Positions 55,161-64,000 of a stretch of 64,000 nt of DNA are shown here, piece after piece. The DNA comes from a virus (taxonomy: Duplodnaviria; Heunggongvirae; Uroviricota; Caudoviricetes): IMG/VR virus record IMGVR_UViG_3300037321_000115. One strand, written 5' to 3'. The translations under genes were made by a program, and so were the position numbers. Under the pieces are notes generated by a model that saw only the letters and a program-made list of their open reading frames with translations, searched no databases and was not told where the DNA came from. The first letter of the stretch is position 1, and every line of letters starts with the position of its first letter.

Positions 55161-56986
55161 GTCAACATGAACTTTTTACGGAGGCTCGAGTCACTGCCAA
55201 ACATCACCTCAAACAGTCCTTCATCATCAACAGTAACCTGATCCATTGTTGGGTCGTTCAGGATCACAGAATATTCACTCTCTTCGAGAGATCCAAGACC
55301 TTTTATGAATCGGTGTGCATATCCATTAGTAACATCCTTTTTGAATTCCTCAGCTTCCTTATACGTGTAGAACCATGACGTCTCCTTGCCCTTTGTGGAG
55401 ATCATAATAGGTGTTCGCGTGATTCTGATCCGACCATCAGCCAACAGTTTTGGCCAAAACTTGTAGAAGAATGTTACCAGAAGAGCAGCAATGTGTCCAC
55501 CGTCTTTATCAGCATCAGCGAGGATCGCAATGTTCTTATAGTGAGCAAATTGAGCGCTGCTCGGATCGTTAATGTTTAGTCCGAGGACAGCAACAAGTTC
55601 ACTAAGTTCTTTGTTTTTCAAAACGTCTGAGGCCTTCATGTCCCAGATGTTCATTACCTTACCACGCAAAGGATACATTCCGTGCATTTTCGGATCACGA
55701 ACTTTGATGCAGAAACCTGATGCAGATTGACCTTCAGTCAAGAAGAGTGTCGCGTCAGGCGAAGAAGCAGAGATGTGCTTTGCAACTTTAACCTTCTTGA
55801 GTTTCTTCTGTGCTTGAAGTGCCTCACGTCGATCCTGCTGCTCTTTCTTTGCAATCTGAGCAGCAATGATTGGCTCGATAATGTCGTGTGCTGCAAACAG
55901 TCTCTTAGCTATATGTTGAAAAGGCTTCGCTCCTGATTTCTCAAAATGCTCCCGAACATCTGCAAGTGGATTGGTCAACCTCTCTTTGGTCTGACTGTCA
56001 AACTTTGGGTTTGTGAAACCACGCGCAAACATTACAAAGGTAATTCCGTTCTTCAGCGTAGATTTAGCAACTTCAATTTTGTATTTCTTTTTAATCATTC
56101 CGCCGAGTTCGTCCATTACATTGTTGACAATATAATCAACATAGACGCCGCCCTGGCGTGTATTCACTCCGTTGACAAAGCTGTTTGAACGAAATCCGTC
56201 ATCAGACGCTACAAAGAAGAACGACAAGTCGTCTGTCTTTTCAACGACGATGGACGCATCTTGCGGAGTAAACAACGCCGCATACTTTTTGAGGTCAGTT
56301 ACCTTAATCTTGCTTCCATTGAACGAGAACTGAATTTCAGGAAATGCTAATTGTAGAGACGTCAACCTATCTTCAACCAAAGCAACAGTATCAAGCTCTA
56401 ATACTCCACCAACTTCCAAAAGACTGAAATCAGGAGTAAAGGATACAGATGTGCCATGCCCTTCTTTCTTCTTGGTTTTTGCTTCGATTGTTTCAGCACC
56501 ATTGAGGCAATTTACCTCAATACATTTGCCATTCTGCCATGTGTGTCCAACAAAACTTGTTGACATATAATTTACAAGTGCTGCTCCGAGTCCGTGCGAG
56601 CCAATAGACGTTCTTTCACTTGAAAAGCTCGTACCAGAATTGTTTCTTGTCCACGCTGCAACAGGTCTTGAAATCATTTCGTTGGTGGACACGTCTAGGA
56701 TATCATCCTGTGGGATCCCTCTACCATTATCAACGATGGTGACAGTATCACCGTCAACGGAGACCCCTATTTTATTAGCACACTTGAAGTCTGTTCTGAT
56801 TGCTTCGTCGATGCTATTATCAACAATCTCGTCGATCATTTTTGACAATGCTGGCACATAGGACACTCTATCCCACTTGCCCACAACAAACCTATCAATC
56901 TCCTCAATAGATGTCGATCCAAGCCACATCCCTGTTTTTAGCCTTACATGTTGACGTGGTGTCAGTATTTCAAATTTTTCAGTCAT
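55157..56986 (-). CDS. gp39: type II DNA topoisomerase, GyrB/ParE-like subunit (gp39+gp60 fused)
   Basis: EIVDNSIDE, DNGRGIP, G.HGLGA, FLTEGQSA, YPLRGK, DADKDG, IKGLGS. Confidence 0.96.
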   Translation of the reverse strand: MTEKFEILTPRQHVRLKTGMWLGSTSIEEIDRFVVGKWDRVSYVPALSKMIDEIVDNSIDEAIRTDFKCANKIGVSVDGDTVTIVDNGRGIPQDDILDVSTNEMISRPVAAWTRNNSGTSFSSERTSIGSHGLGAALVNYMSTSFVGHTWQNGKCIEVNCLNGAETIEAKTKKKEGHGTSVSFTPDFSLLEVGGVLELDTVALVEDRLTSLQLAFPEIQFSFNGSKIKVTDLKKYAALFTPQDASIVVEKTDDLSFFFVASDDGFRSNSFVNGVNTRQGGVYVDYIVNNVMDELGGMIKKKYKIEVAKSTLKNGITFVMFARGFTNPKFDSQTKERLTNPLADVREHFEKSGAKPFQHIAKRLFAAHDIIEPIIAAQIAKKEQQDRREALQAQKKLKKVKVAKHISASSPDATLFLTEGQSASGFCIKVRDPKMHGMYPLRGKVMNIWDMKASDVLKNKELSELVAVLGLNINDPSSAQFAHYKNIAILADADKDGGHIAALLVTFFYKFWPKLLADGRIRITRTPIMISTKGKETSWFYTYKEAEEFKKDVTNGYAHRFIKGLGSLEESEYSVILNDPTMDQVTVDDEGLFEVMFGSDSSLRKKFMLT

Positions 56987-56988
56987 GA

Positions 56989-57186
56989 TTACTCTTCAGC
57001 CTTCTTTTCAATCACTCGCAATCTTGCACGCTCTTTACGTGCATCATCCCTCTTCTGTTGAAACTTATCAACATAGCCTACACTCCCTAATTCAACGACG
57101 TTTACATTACCTGCTTTAACTGCTGCATCGATCATGTCACGTTCTTCCTGAGTAAATCTCTGGTCGCGTCTATTAAGCTGAAACAC
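56989..57186 (-). CDS. hypothetical protein
   Basis: 65 aa ORF with GAGG RBS. Confidence 0.5.
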   Translation of the reverse strand: MFQLNRRDQRFTQEERDMIDAAVKAGNVNVVELGSVGYVDKFQQKRDDARKERARLRVIEKKAEE

Positions 57187-57277
57187 AGTTCAAGCCTCCT
57201 GTTTGGGGTAATTGGGGGGTTCTGACAGTTACAATGCATAAAACATTAAAAGGAACAGTCAATGAAAGACACTGTGA

Positions 57278-57478
57278 TTAAGTGACCTTGATTGACCATT
57301 CCTTGTTCAGTTTCATTTTATCGTTACGTCTCGAAGCCTTTTTCGACTTCTGATGGCTTCCTGCACCTGCTCCTGCTCTTTGAATCAGCTGCACAACAAA
57401 TTCGTTTCTTTGTTTGGGCAGGCCCTTTTTCTTCTTTTGCTTCATTGGATTTGCTTTCTTTGTTAAAACTTCGCACAC
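57278..57478 (-). CDS. small basic hypothetical protein
   Basis: RN..V..L..R..AG.H.KS.K..RR motif; start uncertain. Confidence 0.5.
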   Translation of the reverse strand: MCEVLTKKANPMKQKKKKGLPKQRNEFVVQLIQRAGAGAGSHQKSKKASRRNDKMKLNKEWSIKVT

Positions 57479-57667
57479 GTAAGACTATTTATATATGCGG
57501 AATTACACAATGTCAACTATCGTAATTACTACTGTTTGTTGAGCCAATTAAGCGTTCTTGTAGCCCAACCCCTCGTTTTGAAAGATTGAGACCAAGCGCT
57601 TGTGTTGTCAGGATATAAAATCGTCCAACCTTTTAGTGTTTGTTCAACGTGACACGAAGACCACAAA

Positions 57668-58111
57668 TCACCCATAGACGTATACCACAGGCAATGTTCG
57701 TGTCAGGGTGTTTTCTATAATTGCGGAGATTACGTCCCAATTTCCATTTGCTAATCCTGCACCAATCATCGGCAGCGCAATCTGTTTAATGTTGACGGCC
57801 GAGTCAATGTATCTGAAAGCTTCAGCAATGGCCCAATATGACACATACACTACATTTTTATTGTTGCCGTAGTTTTGCTGCGTGATGGCGTTGTAAATCA
57901 CTTTGTCGTCACGTTGGATAGAAGGGATGACCGTGCCCAGTTCAAGACCGACACGGTTATACTCATCTACGTATCTTTGATATGCTGGGGGATATTTTGA
58001 TCTGACCATCTTAGCAACGCCAGAGCCCATCACTCCGTGACTATTACAGCCGTGGACAATGTGGGCGATGTCTGTGGTTAACACATCGCCGCGACGATAC
58101 TCAATTTTCAT
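57668..58111 (-). CDS. macro-domain (ADP-ribose-binding/hydrolase) protein
   Basis: GDVL, IVHGCNSHGVMGSGVA, NAITQ..YG, IALPMIGAGLANGNW. Confidence 0.9.
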   Translation of the reverse strand: MKIEYRRGDVLTTDIAHIVHGCNSHGVMGSGVAKMVRSKYPPAYQRYVDEYNRVGLELGTVIPSIQRDDKVIYNAITQQNYGNNKNVVYVSYWAIAEAFRYIDSAVNIKQIALPMIGAGLANGNWDVISAIIENTLTRTLPVVYVYG

Positions 58112-58192
58112 AATAAATCCTCCATTTGTAGGTTATACACAGATCCGTAGTATACAATGACTACCTTTTTAGTCAACGGTAGTCATTATCAA

Positions 58193-58504
58193 TTACCACT
58201 TTTCTTTGTCGGACCAATATGCTGCACTCATTTTGCCGCGAGCGATGTCTTCACCGTGTCGCGCTTTGAACGATTTGCGCTTGGCTATCATTCTATCAGA
58301 TTCGCCTTTTTTGGGCTCACCAGCAGTTTCAGCACCTTGCTCACCAAACCGAATCAGTTTAATTTTACCACCCTCTTTGGCGACAACCACGTGCGATTTT
58401 GTTGCATGTGAGGGTGTTCTTTTTGGTTCATTGTATTTTGAAACACCTGCTGCTTTGAGCTGTGCTTCTGACTCAACGATATATTCCTTAAACGTATTCA
58501 TCAA
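58193..58504 (-). CDS. conserved basic protein with CTS-like N-terminus
   Basis: MNTFKEYIVE-S; KLIRFGEQG, RKSFKARH, SAAYWS.K.KW. Confidence 0.75.
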   Translation of the reverse strand: MMNTFKEYIVESEAQLKAAGVSKYNEPKRTPSHATKSHVVVAKEGGKIKLIRFGEQGAETAGEPKKGESDRMIAKRKSFKARHGEDIARGKMSAAYWSDKEKW

Positions 58505-58532
58505 CTGCTTCCTATTTAGAGGTTACAGTTAT

Positions 58533-58784
58533 TTATGTCATTTCATCGCCGTCCACTTTTCGACAATGTCCCATTGCAGACAACATCTCAGGATAGTCTA
58601 ACATTACTGTAAAGTGCCTATTAAGCTCACCAACAAGTAGTTCTTCTGACAATTGATCTGACCTTATCTCACAGTAGTGTTCTGTCTTATACGGACCCCA
58701 CGCATCTTTTATGTATATGCAATTGTCAAAATCGACCTCAAGTGCAAAAGAACTAGCACAAATCATAATTATAACTTCAAACAT
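58533..58784 (-). CDS. hypothetical protein
   Basis: Signal-like N-terminus, C..D.WGPY.TE..C..R. Confidence 0.6.
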   Translation of the reverse strand: MFEVIIMICASSFALEVDFDNCIYIKDAWGPYKTEHYCEIRSDQLSEELLVGELNRHFTVMLDYPEMLSAMGHCRKVDGDEMT

Positions 58785-58916
58785 GGTGGATTCCTTTCAT
58801 TGTTAAAACTTCGTATGTACAAGTGAAGTTACATTTTATATAAATAAGGTTATAGGCAATCGCGATACTACCAATATCCATTGCCACTAGTCTTATTCAA
58901 AGGTTTCAACCAGCAC

Positions 58917-60164
58917 ATGTCTATTTATAAAGCCTACAAATACAGGATCTATCCAACTTTTGATCAGAGGCGAACTCTTGATCGTAATTTTGGTGCAGTT
59001 AGATTCGTATGGAACCAGTTGGTTGCAAACTTCAATTCCTACGGTACGGATGATCATGTGAAAAATATGTCGGAAGCTCATGTCAAGTCAGAACACGTTT
59101 GGCTCAAGGAATGCATTTCCTTTTGCATTCAACAGAAAACGCGAGACTTTCACGAAACTACCAAACAGTTCTTCAACAAGAAACGCAAGACGAAGTCTGG
59201 TAGGCCAAACTTCAAGAAAAAGGGGGTCTCGAGGGACTCGATGAGAATCCCTGGTCAGGCACTGGCATATAACAAAGCGGTAGACTTCGAAGCAGGTACA
59301 ATCAAAATTACGAAAATGACGCCTATTAAAGTTGTCTATCATCGCGAGTTCAAGGGCGAACTAAGAAGTGTCACACTATCCAAGACCAAAACTAACGAAT
59401 ACTACGTATCGATCCTTGTAAAAGAAGAAATGCAAGAAAAACCTAAGACAGGCAAGGATATTGGCATTGATCTCGGTATCAATCACCTTGCAATCCTGTC
59501 TGACGGCACCAAATTTACTAACCTAAAATATTTTCGCGAAACTCAAGCGAAACTGAAGAAGATGCAACAACATCTTGCAAGAAAAACTAAAGGCAGCAAC
59601 AGATACAACCAGGCTCGGCTAAAAGTTGCCAAAATACACGAGAAAATAGCCAGACAACGAAACTGGTATTATCACCAAGTTAGCAACTATCTTGTTACCA
59701 ATTATGACAGCATCTTTGTCGAAGACCTTGCAGTCAAAAACATGGTTAAGAATAGGAAACTGAGCAAAGCAATCGCTGATGTCGCGTGGTCGACTTTAGT
59801 TGGAATGATGGCATACAAGGCGAACTGGTACGGTAAAGAAGTTTGCAAAGTCGGAAGATTCTTCGCCTCAAGCAAGACTTGCTCGTGTTGTGGTCACAAG
59901 CTAGACAAACTTGATCTTGGAACAAGAGATTGGACTTGTCCTAGTTGTCATGTTGTGCACGATAGAGACATAAATGCTGCCAAAAACATTTACAAAGAAG
60001 GCATGAAGAATTTTCATGGTCTACTGTCGGAGGATTTGCCCGACATCAACAATCGTGGAGAGGATATAAGACCAGAATGGTTCCTGCAAAGGAATCGTTT
60101 GGCAAACCTCAACGAAGCGACTAGCAAACCTGTAGAGTTCGTCGAACTTTATGGACATGCATAA
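58917..60164 (+). mobile_element. tnpB: IS200/IS605-family TnpB RNA-guided nuclease, no TnpA partner (IS1341-like)
   Basis: AYKYRIYPT, FGAVRFVWN, GIDLG (RuvC-I), VEDL (RuvC-II), SSKTCSCCG..CPSC..HDRDINAAKNI (zinc finger and RuvC-III). Confidence 0.93.
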
Positions 60165-60566
60165 TTACTTTGCGAAATAATCATTTGCGTACTTCTGTGC
60201 TACGCCAATAGGATCTTTTTGCCATGCGATAGTTGTGGCAATGTCATTTTCAATTTCAACAATTCTCTCTTGGTCATACAGTAGCGACCCTTCACACTCG
60301 CACGCTTCTTCGTCGCCCTTGAGCAATATACAGACCTCGTTGACACCAAACGAACATTCCTCTCCGTCGTTGAAATGTGGGGTATATTGAGTCCAAAACA
60401 GGTTTTCAACAAGCTCCCCATGACACGTAAAAAACTCTTTGAACCCTTCTGCCATCAGGTCACGCGACTTCGCTTGCGCCTTCGTCTTTAGTGCTTCTAT
60501 CTGGTTGTTAAGCTCACCACATTCAAATTTCAGCAGTTTGAGTGTTTTTGTGTCCATTTTCAGCAA
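60165..60566 (-). CDS. conserved phage protein, possibly 3'-truncated next to tnpB
   Basis: WTQYTPHFNDGEECSF.V motif; stop codon directly abuts the tnpB stop. Confidence 0.65.
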   Translation of the reverse strand: MLKMDTKTLKLLKFECGELNNQIEALKTKAQAKSRDLMAEGFKEFFTCHGELVENLFWTQYTPHFNDGEECSFGVNEVCILLKGDEEACECEGSLLYDQERIVEIENDIATTIAWQKDPIGVAQKYANDYFAK

Positions 60567-60847
60567 CTCCCTTCAATTAAAATCCCATCTTTGACGGGTC
60601 TCCATTTTGTTTCAGAAACAGTGTAGGATTCGACCTCATTGATGGACCACATCTCGTCTTGGCCATCTTGTATCTCTGTGGCGCCTTCACCCCAATAACA
60701 CTTGAAGAATTTCCCTGTCGAAAACTGCTGCACTACAACACTCTTATAGATCGACCACCGACTCTGATCTTCAATGGTTACACTATTGACGTGCAAAAAG
60801 TCTTCGCCGTCACCGTCTACAATCTCGTTAAACTCTTGTCTTTCCAT
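60560..60847 (-). CDS. conserved phage hypothetical protein
   Basis: SRWS.....VV......KFF...W..GATE.QD. Confidence 0.7.
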   Translation of the reverse strand: MERQEFNEIVDGDGEDFLHVNSVTIEDQSRWSIYKSVVVQQFSTGKFFKCYWGEGATEIQDGQDEMWSINEVESYTVSETKWRPVKDGILIEGSC

Positions 60848-61209
60848 TAATCAGCCTCCATTCCTATACTCATTATGTGCTTTCGCAAACCTTTGCCGAC
60901 CATCCAATCTTGTGGTGGCAAGTCCCCAAGCCACTGATCGATGGTAGGGATCCTACCTTGACAATCTTCTTTGACATGATCCTCGGCAACGTCCCGTACA
61001 GATACTTGCTTGCCATCTGTATTAGTAACGTACACGCCAAACAACTGCTCACAAAGGAAGATTCCAAACGTATTGTGGAGAATTGCTCGATGGTAAAAAT
61101 TTGCTGTGGACGCTTTTGTACTGTCGAGCCAGTTGTGAACTTCGAGATAATCTTCAACTGTTCCGCCGTATCGCTTAACTGAGTTCCGCGCGTGAATTAG
61201 AGGTTTCAT
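60847..61209 (-). CDS. conserved His-rich phage protein (DUF6915-like)
   Basis: HA..SVKRYGG..EDY..VH.W.D.TK, HRAILH..FGI, E.HV.ED. Confidence 0.75.
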   Translation of the reverse strand: MKPLIHARNSVKRYGGTVEDYLEVHNWLDSTKASTANFYHRAILHNTFGIFLCEQLFGVYVTNTDGKQVSVRDVAEDHVKEDCQGRIPTIDQWLGDLPPQDWMVGKGLRKHIMSIGMEAD

Positions 61210-61424
61210 TTGTAGTTGTCCTTGTTAATTTTTGACCACATAGAGAAGTAGTAGTTCGTTTCGGACATGTCATCTTTATAACTCCAAAACTTTTCTTTCT
61301 CTCCAATCGACATCCCATCAAACCACAACCAAAAAGATTGCTTGAACTGTTGATACTCGTCGTCGTTAGGGTGCATCTGCCCCAACCTTCTTTTCCACAA
61401 CTTTGTGCAGTCCAGGGTTGACAA
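61206..61424 (-). CDS. hypothetical protein
   Basis: FW.WFD......K.KFW.Y..DM.E..YYF. Confidence 0.55.
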   Translation of the reverse strand: MSTLDCTKLWKRRLGQMHPNDDEYQQFKQSFWLWFDGMSIGEKEKFWSYKDDMSETNYYFSMWSKINKDNYK

Positions 61425-61986
61425 CCAATGCTTTTGGCATCAGATCACGACGAATGAAGTTTCTCATATATTTCACATCTTGATTGGACACGTCTTCGAT
61501 CCATGAGACATCTTTACGTCTTGCCCAGTTGGCAAATTCTGCTTTTCTGTTCTGGCGGAACGGACGGATGACGTTTAGGTTTGCATATGGGATAATCTTA
61601 CCATTCCCGTGAATGGATGACCACAGCCACGTTTCAACACAATCGTCAAGATGGTGGCAGGTAATAACAGGGCTGTCAAATGAGTGGAACCACGCATACC
61701 GTTCATTCCTCCAGTACTCTTCCCACGATTCTGATTTCGATTTTGTGTTTTGGACGTTGCCAAATTCGACACGCGTATCATCAGAAAACTCTCTTTGTGT
61801 GAATTTTTCTGTGATGAAGTTTCTTGCATCTGTTGATGTCTCTGTGCCATGATCAAAAAACAACAAGTTCACTTTGTGGTTTTGCATCAGGAAGTCGACA
61901 ACAGCCATGGAGTCGATTCCACCTGAACAGGCAACGTTTACTTCACGGTCAATTTTCCCTTGAATTTTAATCAAGCTCCCGTCCAC
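61366..61986 (-). CDS. tilS: tRNA(Ile)-lysidine synthetase, catalytic PP-loop domain only
   Basis: ACSGGIDS, E..WRNERY, T.HHLDD..ET, IRPF, W.ED.SN....Y.RN.IR. Confidence 0.88.
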   Translation of the reverse strand: MDGSLIKIQGKIDREVNVACSGGIDSMAVVDFLMQNHKVNLLFFDHGTETSTDARNFITEKFTQREFSDDTRVEFGNVQNTKSKSESWEEYWRNERYAWFHSFDSPVITCHHLDDCVETWLWSSIHGNGKIIPYANLNVIRPFRQNRKAEFANWARRKDVSWIEDVSNQDVKYMRNFIRRDLMPKALVVNPGLHKVVEKKVGADAP

Positions 61987-62206
61987 GCAGATCCGCTTAA
62001 AGAAATGCGGATGTACTTTTTACCTTCTGTGCTCCCAATTTTGGGACAGAGTTTCGCCACCACCCTATCAGTTTTAGAATACAAACTGATAGGTGTGAAA
62101 TAATTGTTGTTGATTGTATGAATCAGAGCTTGTGTTTCTTTTTGCATTTGAAGCCTTTCATCGCTTAAAACATAGATACTTGTTTAACTCATGGGGATCA
62201 ACACTT

Positions 62207-62479
62207 TCAATCTTCGTAGAGGAATTGTTCCTCACGCTCAAGAGACTCGTCTGTGTCTCGATAAACCATTTGGCACTTGACAGAGCCGTTTGACAGTTCC
62301 TCGTCAAGACGATCCAGAGCACGCGCATACGTGCGACACTTGGCAGATTGCGGTTTGTTAGAGTATGGCCGAGTAAAAAAGACACTATACATGTTATATT
62401 CGCTTTCATTGTGTGGGGAACGTGGGTTGGTGTTGATGTTACTCGCATGCTTCAACAAGAGCAACTGCTTCCTCTTCAA
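62207..62479 (-). CDS. hypothetical protein
   Basis: 90 aa ORF. Confidence 0.45.
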   Translation of the reverse strand: MKRKQLLLLKHASNINTNPRSPHNESEYNMYSVFFTRPYSNKPQSAKCRTYARALDRLDEELSNGSVKCQMVYRDTDESLEREEQFLYED

Positions 62480-62582
62480 TGATGTTATAGATACTCATCA
62501 TTCCATCAACAGTCTTTTCTTTACAGAATATCATGCAAGCAGCCTCAAACATTTTTCTTGCCTTATCTGTACTACATGTGTG

Positions 62583-63167
62583 TTATGTGTTACAGACGTA
62601 TGAGGCGTGATTGACATACGCAGCGATGTGTTCGAGTGCTTCCTTCATGTGTTCAAACCGGTGACTCCCACCTTCCCATGTATTGGTTGGGAACCCTTCA
62701 AGAGTGACCACCGTTTCACGCGAAGCGATGACTACATCACCCATATCAAGTAACACTAGAGGAAGTACACCAAACGTTTTTTTACAACTCTTCAACGGAG
62801 CTGTGTAATAGGTATCTACGTCGCGGTCCGTTAAAACCTGCTCTTCGCCCGTCTGGTAGTTCACTTGCGGCATTCCTACATACTTACGAAGCATTGTAAA
62901 CGGGTCAGTACACGGATTAATTATGATAGACGGAACACCAAAGTAGTGACCCATCTGCGCAGCCCAGAAACCACCGAGTGACGTTCCAACAAACACAACA
63001 TCTGAGGAATCAGGAACTTGGCTGACGATGTACTTAAATATGTTCGAGAACGTATCAAAGGTGTCGTACGTAATACCTGAGACTTCACCAATTGTAGATA
63101 GATCTACAACCTTCTGCGAATCTGATCCGTATGCCGAATTAAAGCCGTGTAAGTAAATGTAATGCAT
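62583..63167 (-). CDS. YqiA/YcfP-like alpha/beta hydrolase (esterase)
   Basis: YLHGFNS, GTSLGG nucleophile elbow, INP, D.VI, GGSHRF. Confidence 0.88.
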   Translation of the reverse strand: MHYIYLHGFNSAYGSDSQKVVDLSTIGEVSGITYDTFDTFSNIFKYIVSQVPDSSDVVFVGTSLGGFWAAQMGHYFGVPSIIINPCTDPFTMLRKYVGMPQVNYQTGEEQVLTDRDVDTYYTAPLKSCKKTFGVLPLVLLDMGDVVIASRETVVTLEGFPTNTWEGGSHRFEHMKEALEHIAAYVNHASYVCNT

Positions 63168-63219
63168 TGTGCGGTCTCCTTGTGTGTATATATAAGCTGA
63201 ATACAGACAGACGTCAACG

Positions 63220-63840
63220 CTATTTTGACATTATACCAAGATTTGGAGTTCCCATAGCAGCTTTCAGATGCATCTCACCGCCAAGTGATCTGATGTAGAA
63301 GAAAGGACGTAATTGAGGAAATTTGTCGTACGTTAATTTGTCTTTCGTGTTCAATTGTTCTACACCAAACTCTGCCACTGTCATTACATCCACGCTACTA
63401 TTTTTTGATATTTGCTTTGGTGTAAGCATGAAGTTCTGCAACACGTCCCACGGGACTGTTTTTATCATCATTGCAAGAGAAGGTCCTGACTTTTCACCAT
63501 ATGAAACACCAAGAGACGCCTTAAAAATATCTCCAACAACTTTCTTACCAAGATCGGACCCGTCAGTGGCAATTGCCACTGACTTTCTGCCGCCTTTATC
63601 TTTATAGAAGGCTGCAGCCACAAGGTTATCCCCTTTTGTGTACAATTTCCAAAAGGGGATCTTTTCGATCATATCTTTTTTAGAGCCAAAACCGCTACCT
63701 TGAATTCCACCAATCGGTGCGTAAGACTTCTGTACGATGTCCCACACCCGATCAATCCACTTCTCACGTTGAATTCTTGTTTCTACAGGTCCTATAAAAT
63801 TCTTATAGTTTTCATTCACGTGCTGTTTAAATGACATCAT
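63220..63840 (-). CDS. probable internal head protein
   Basis: N-terminus MSFKQHVNE-N; late promoter at 63871. Confidence 0.65.
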   Translation of the reverse strand: MMSFKQHVNENYKNFIGPVETRIQREKWIDRVWDIVQKSYAPIGGIQGSGFGSKKDMIEKIPFWKLYTKGDNLVAAAFYKDKGGRKSVAIATDGSDLGKKVVGDIFKASLGVSYGEKSGPSLAMMIKTVPWDVLQNFMLTPKQISKNSSVDVMTVAEFGVEQLNTKDKLTYDKFPQLRPFFYIRSLGGEMHLKAAMGTPNLGIMSK

Positions 63841-63873
63841 TGGAGTAAGCCTCTTGTAAAGTATGTGCTTTAT

Positions 63874-63999
63874 TTATAATTTACAATCAGATCGGATAGA
63901 GGCTCTGGCTGATTTAATCGCTTGGATTCTCGCCTTGAACATTCCGTCTTTGATCTTGTTGACGTTTGTTTGACCGTTTGGGAAAACATTAGTAAACTT
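63874..63999 (-). CDS. 3' end of a gene truncated by the window edge
   Basis: Open frame KFTNVFPNG..SIRSDCKL-stop. Confidence 0.4.
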   Translation of the reverse strand, partial: KFTNVFPNGQTNVNKIKDGMFKARIQAIKSARASIRSDCKL

Positions 64000-64000
64000 C

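Noticed and set aside
656-63607. Numerous plus-strand ORFs in the track (e.g. 656-1099, 4098-4577, 17885-18463, 22606-23136)
   Set aside because: They are antisense to well-supported minus-strand genes, lack RBS and family motifs, and have Ser/Phe/Leu-rich shadow composition.

Overview
This 64 kb window is from a large T4-like (Tevenvirinae-like) myovirus genome, with nearly all genes on the minus strand. It carries core replication and nucleotide genes (nrdA, nrdB, td, frd, gp61, gp41, uvsX, gp32, gp59, gp33, gp39, gp52), a lysis module, T4-type late promoters (TATAAATA), sigma70-like early promoters, a long and partly decaying tRNA array, and a solo tnpB. The host is probably an alphaproteobacterium, based on Shemin-pathway ALA synthase, a DUF1127 protein, and a tRNA-His with A73 and no G-1. 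Four observations stand out. (1) uvsX and gp41 are adjacent and each is broken into two genes by its own naturally split intein. A decayed homing-endonuclease remnant with an RBS-sequestering hairpin sits in the uvsX break, and nrdA has a contiguous mini-intein at its catalytic Cys. (2) Three tRNA genes (Asn, Lys, Leu) are interrupted inside the anticodon by short 36-49 nt structured insertions. The Asn and Lys inserts share boundaries and contain a T-arm-like hairpin, and tRNA-repair-type genes lie nearby. (3) A dispersed tetrapyrrole and iron set is present (hemA, heme oxygenase, bilin reductase, Dps). (4) Several proteins have T4 internal-protein-like capsid-targeting N-termini. All product calls come from motif recognition by eye; no database searches were run.
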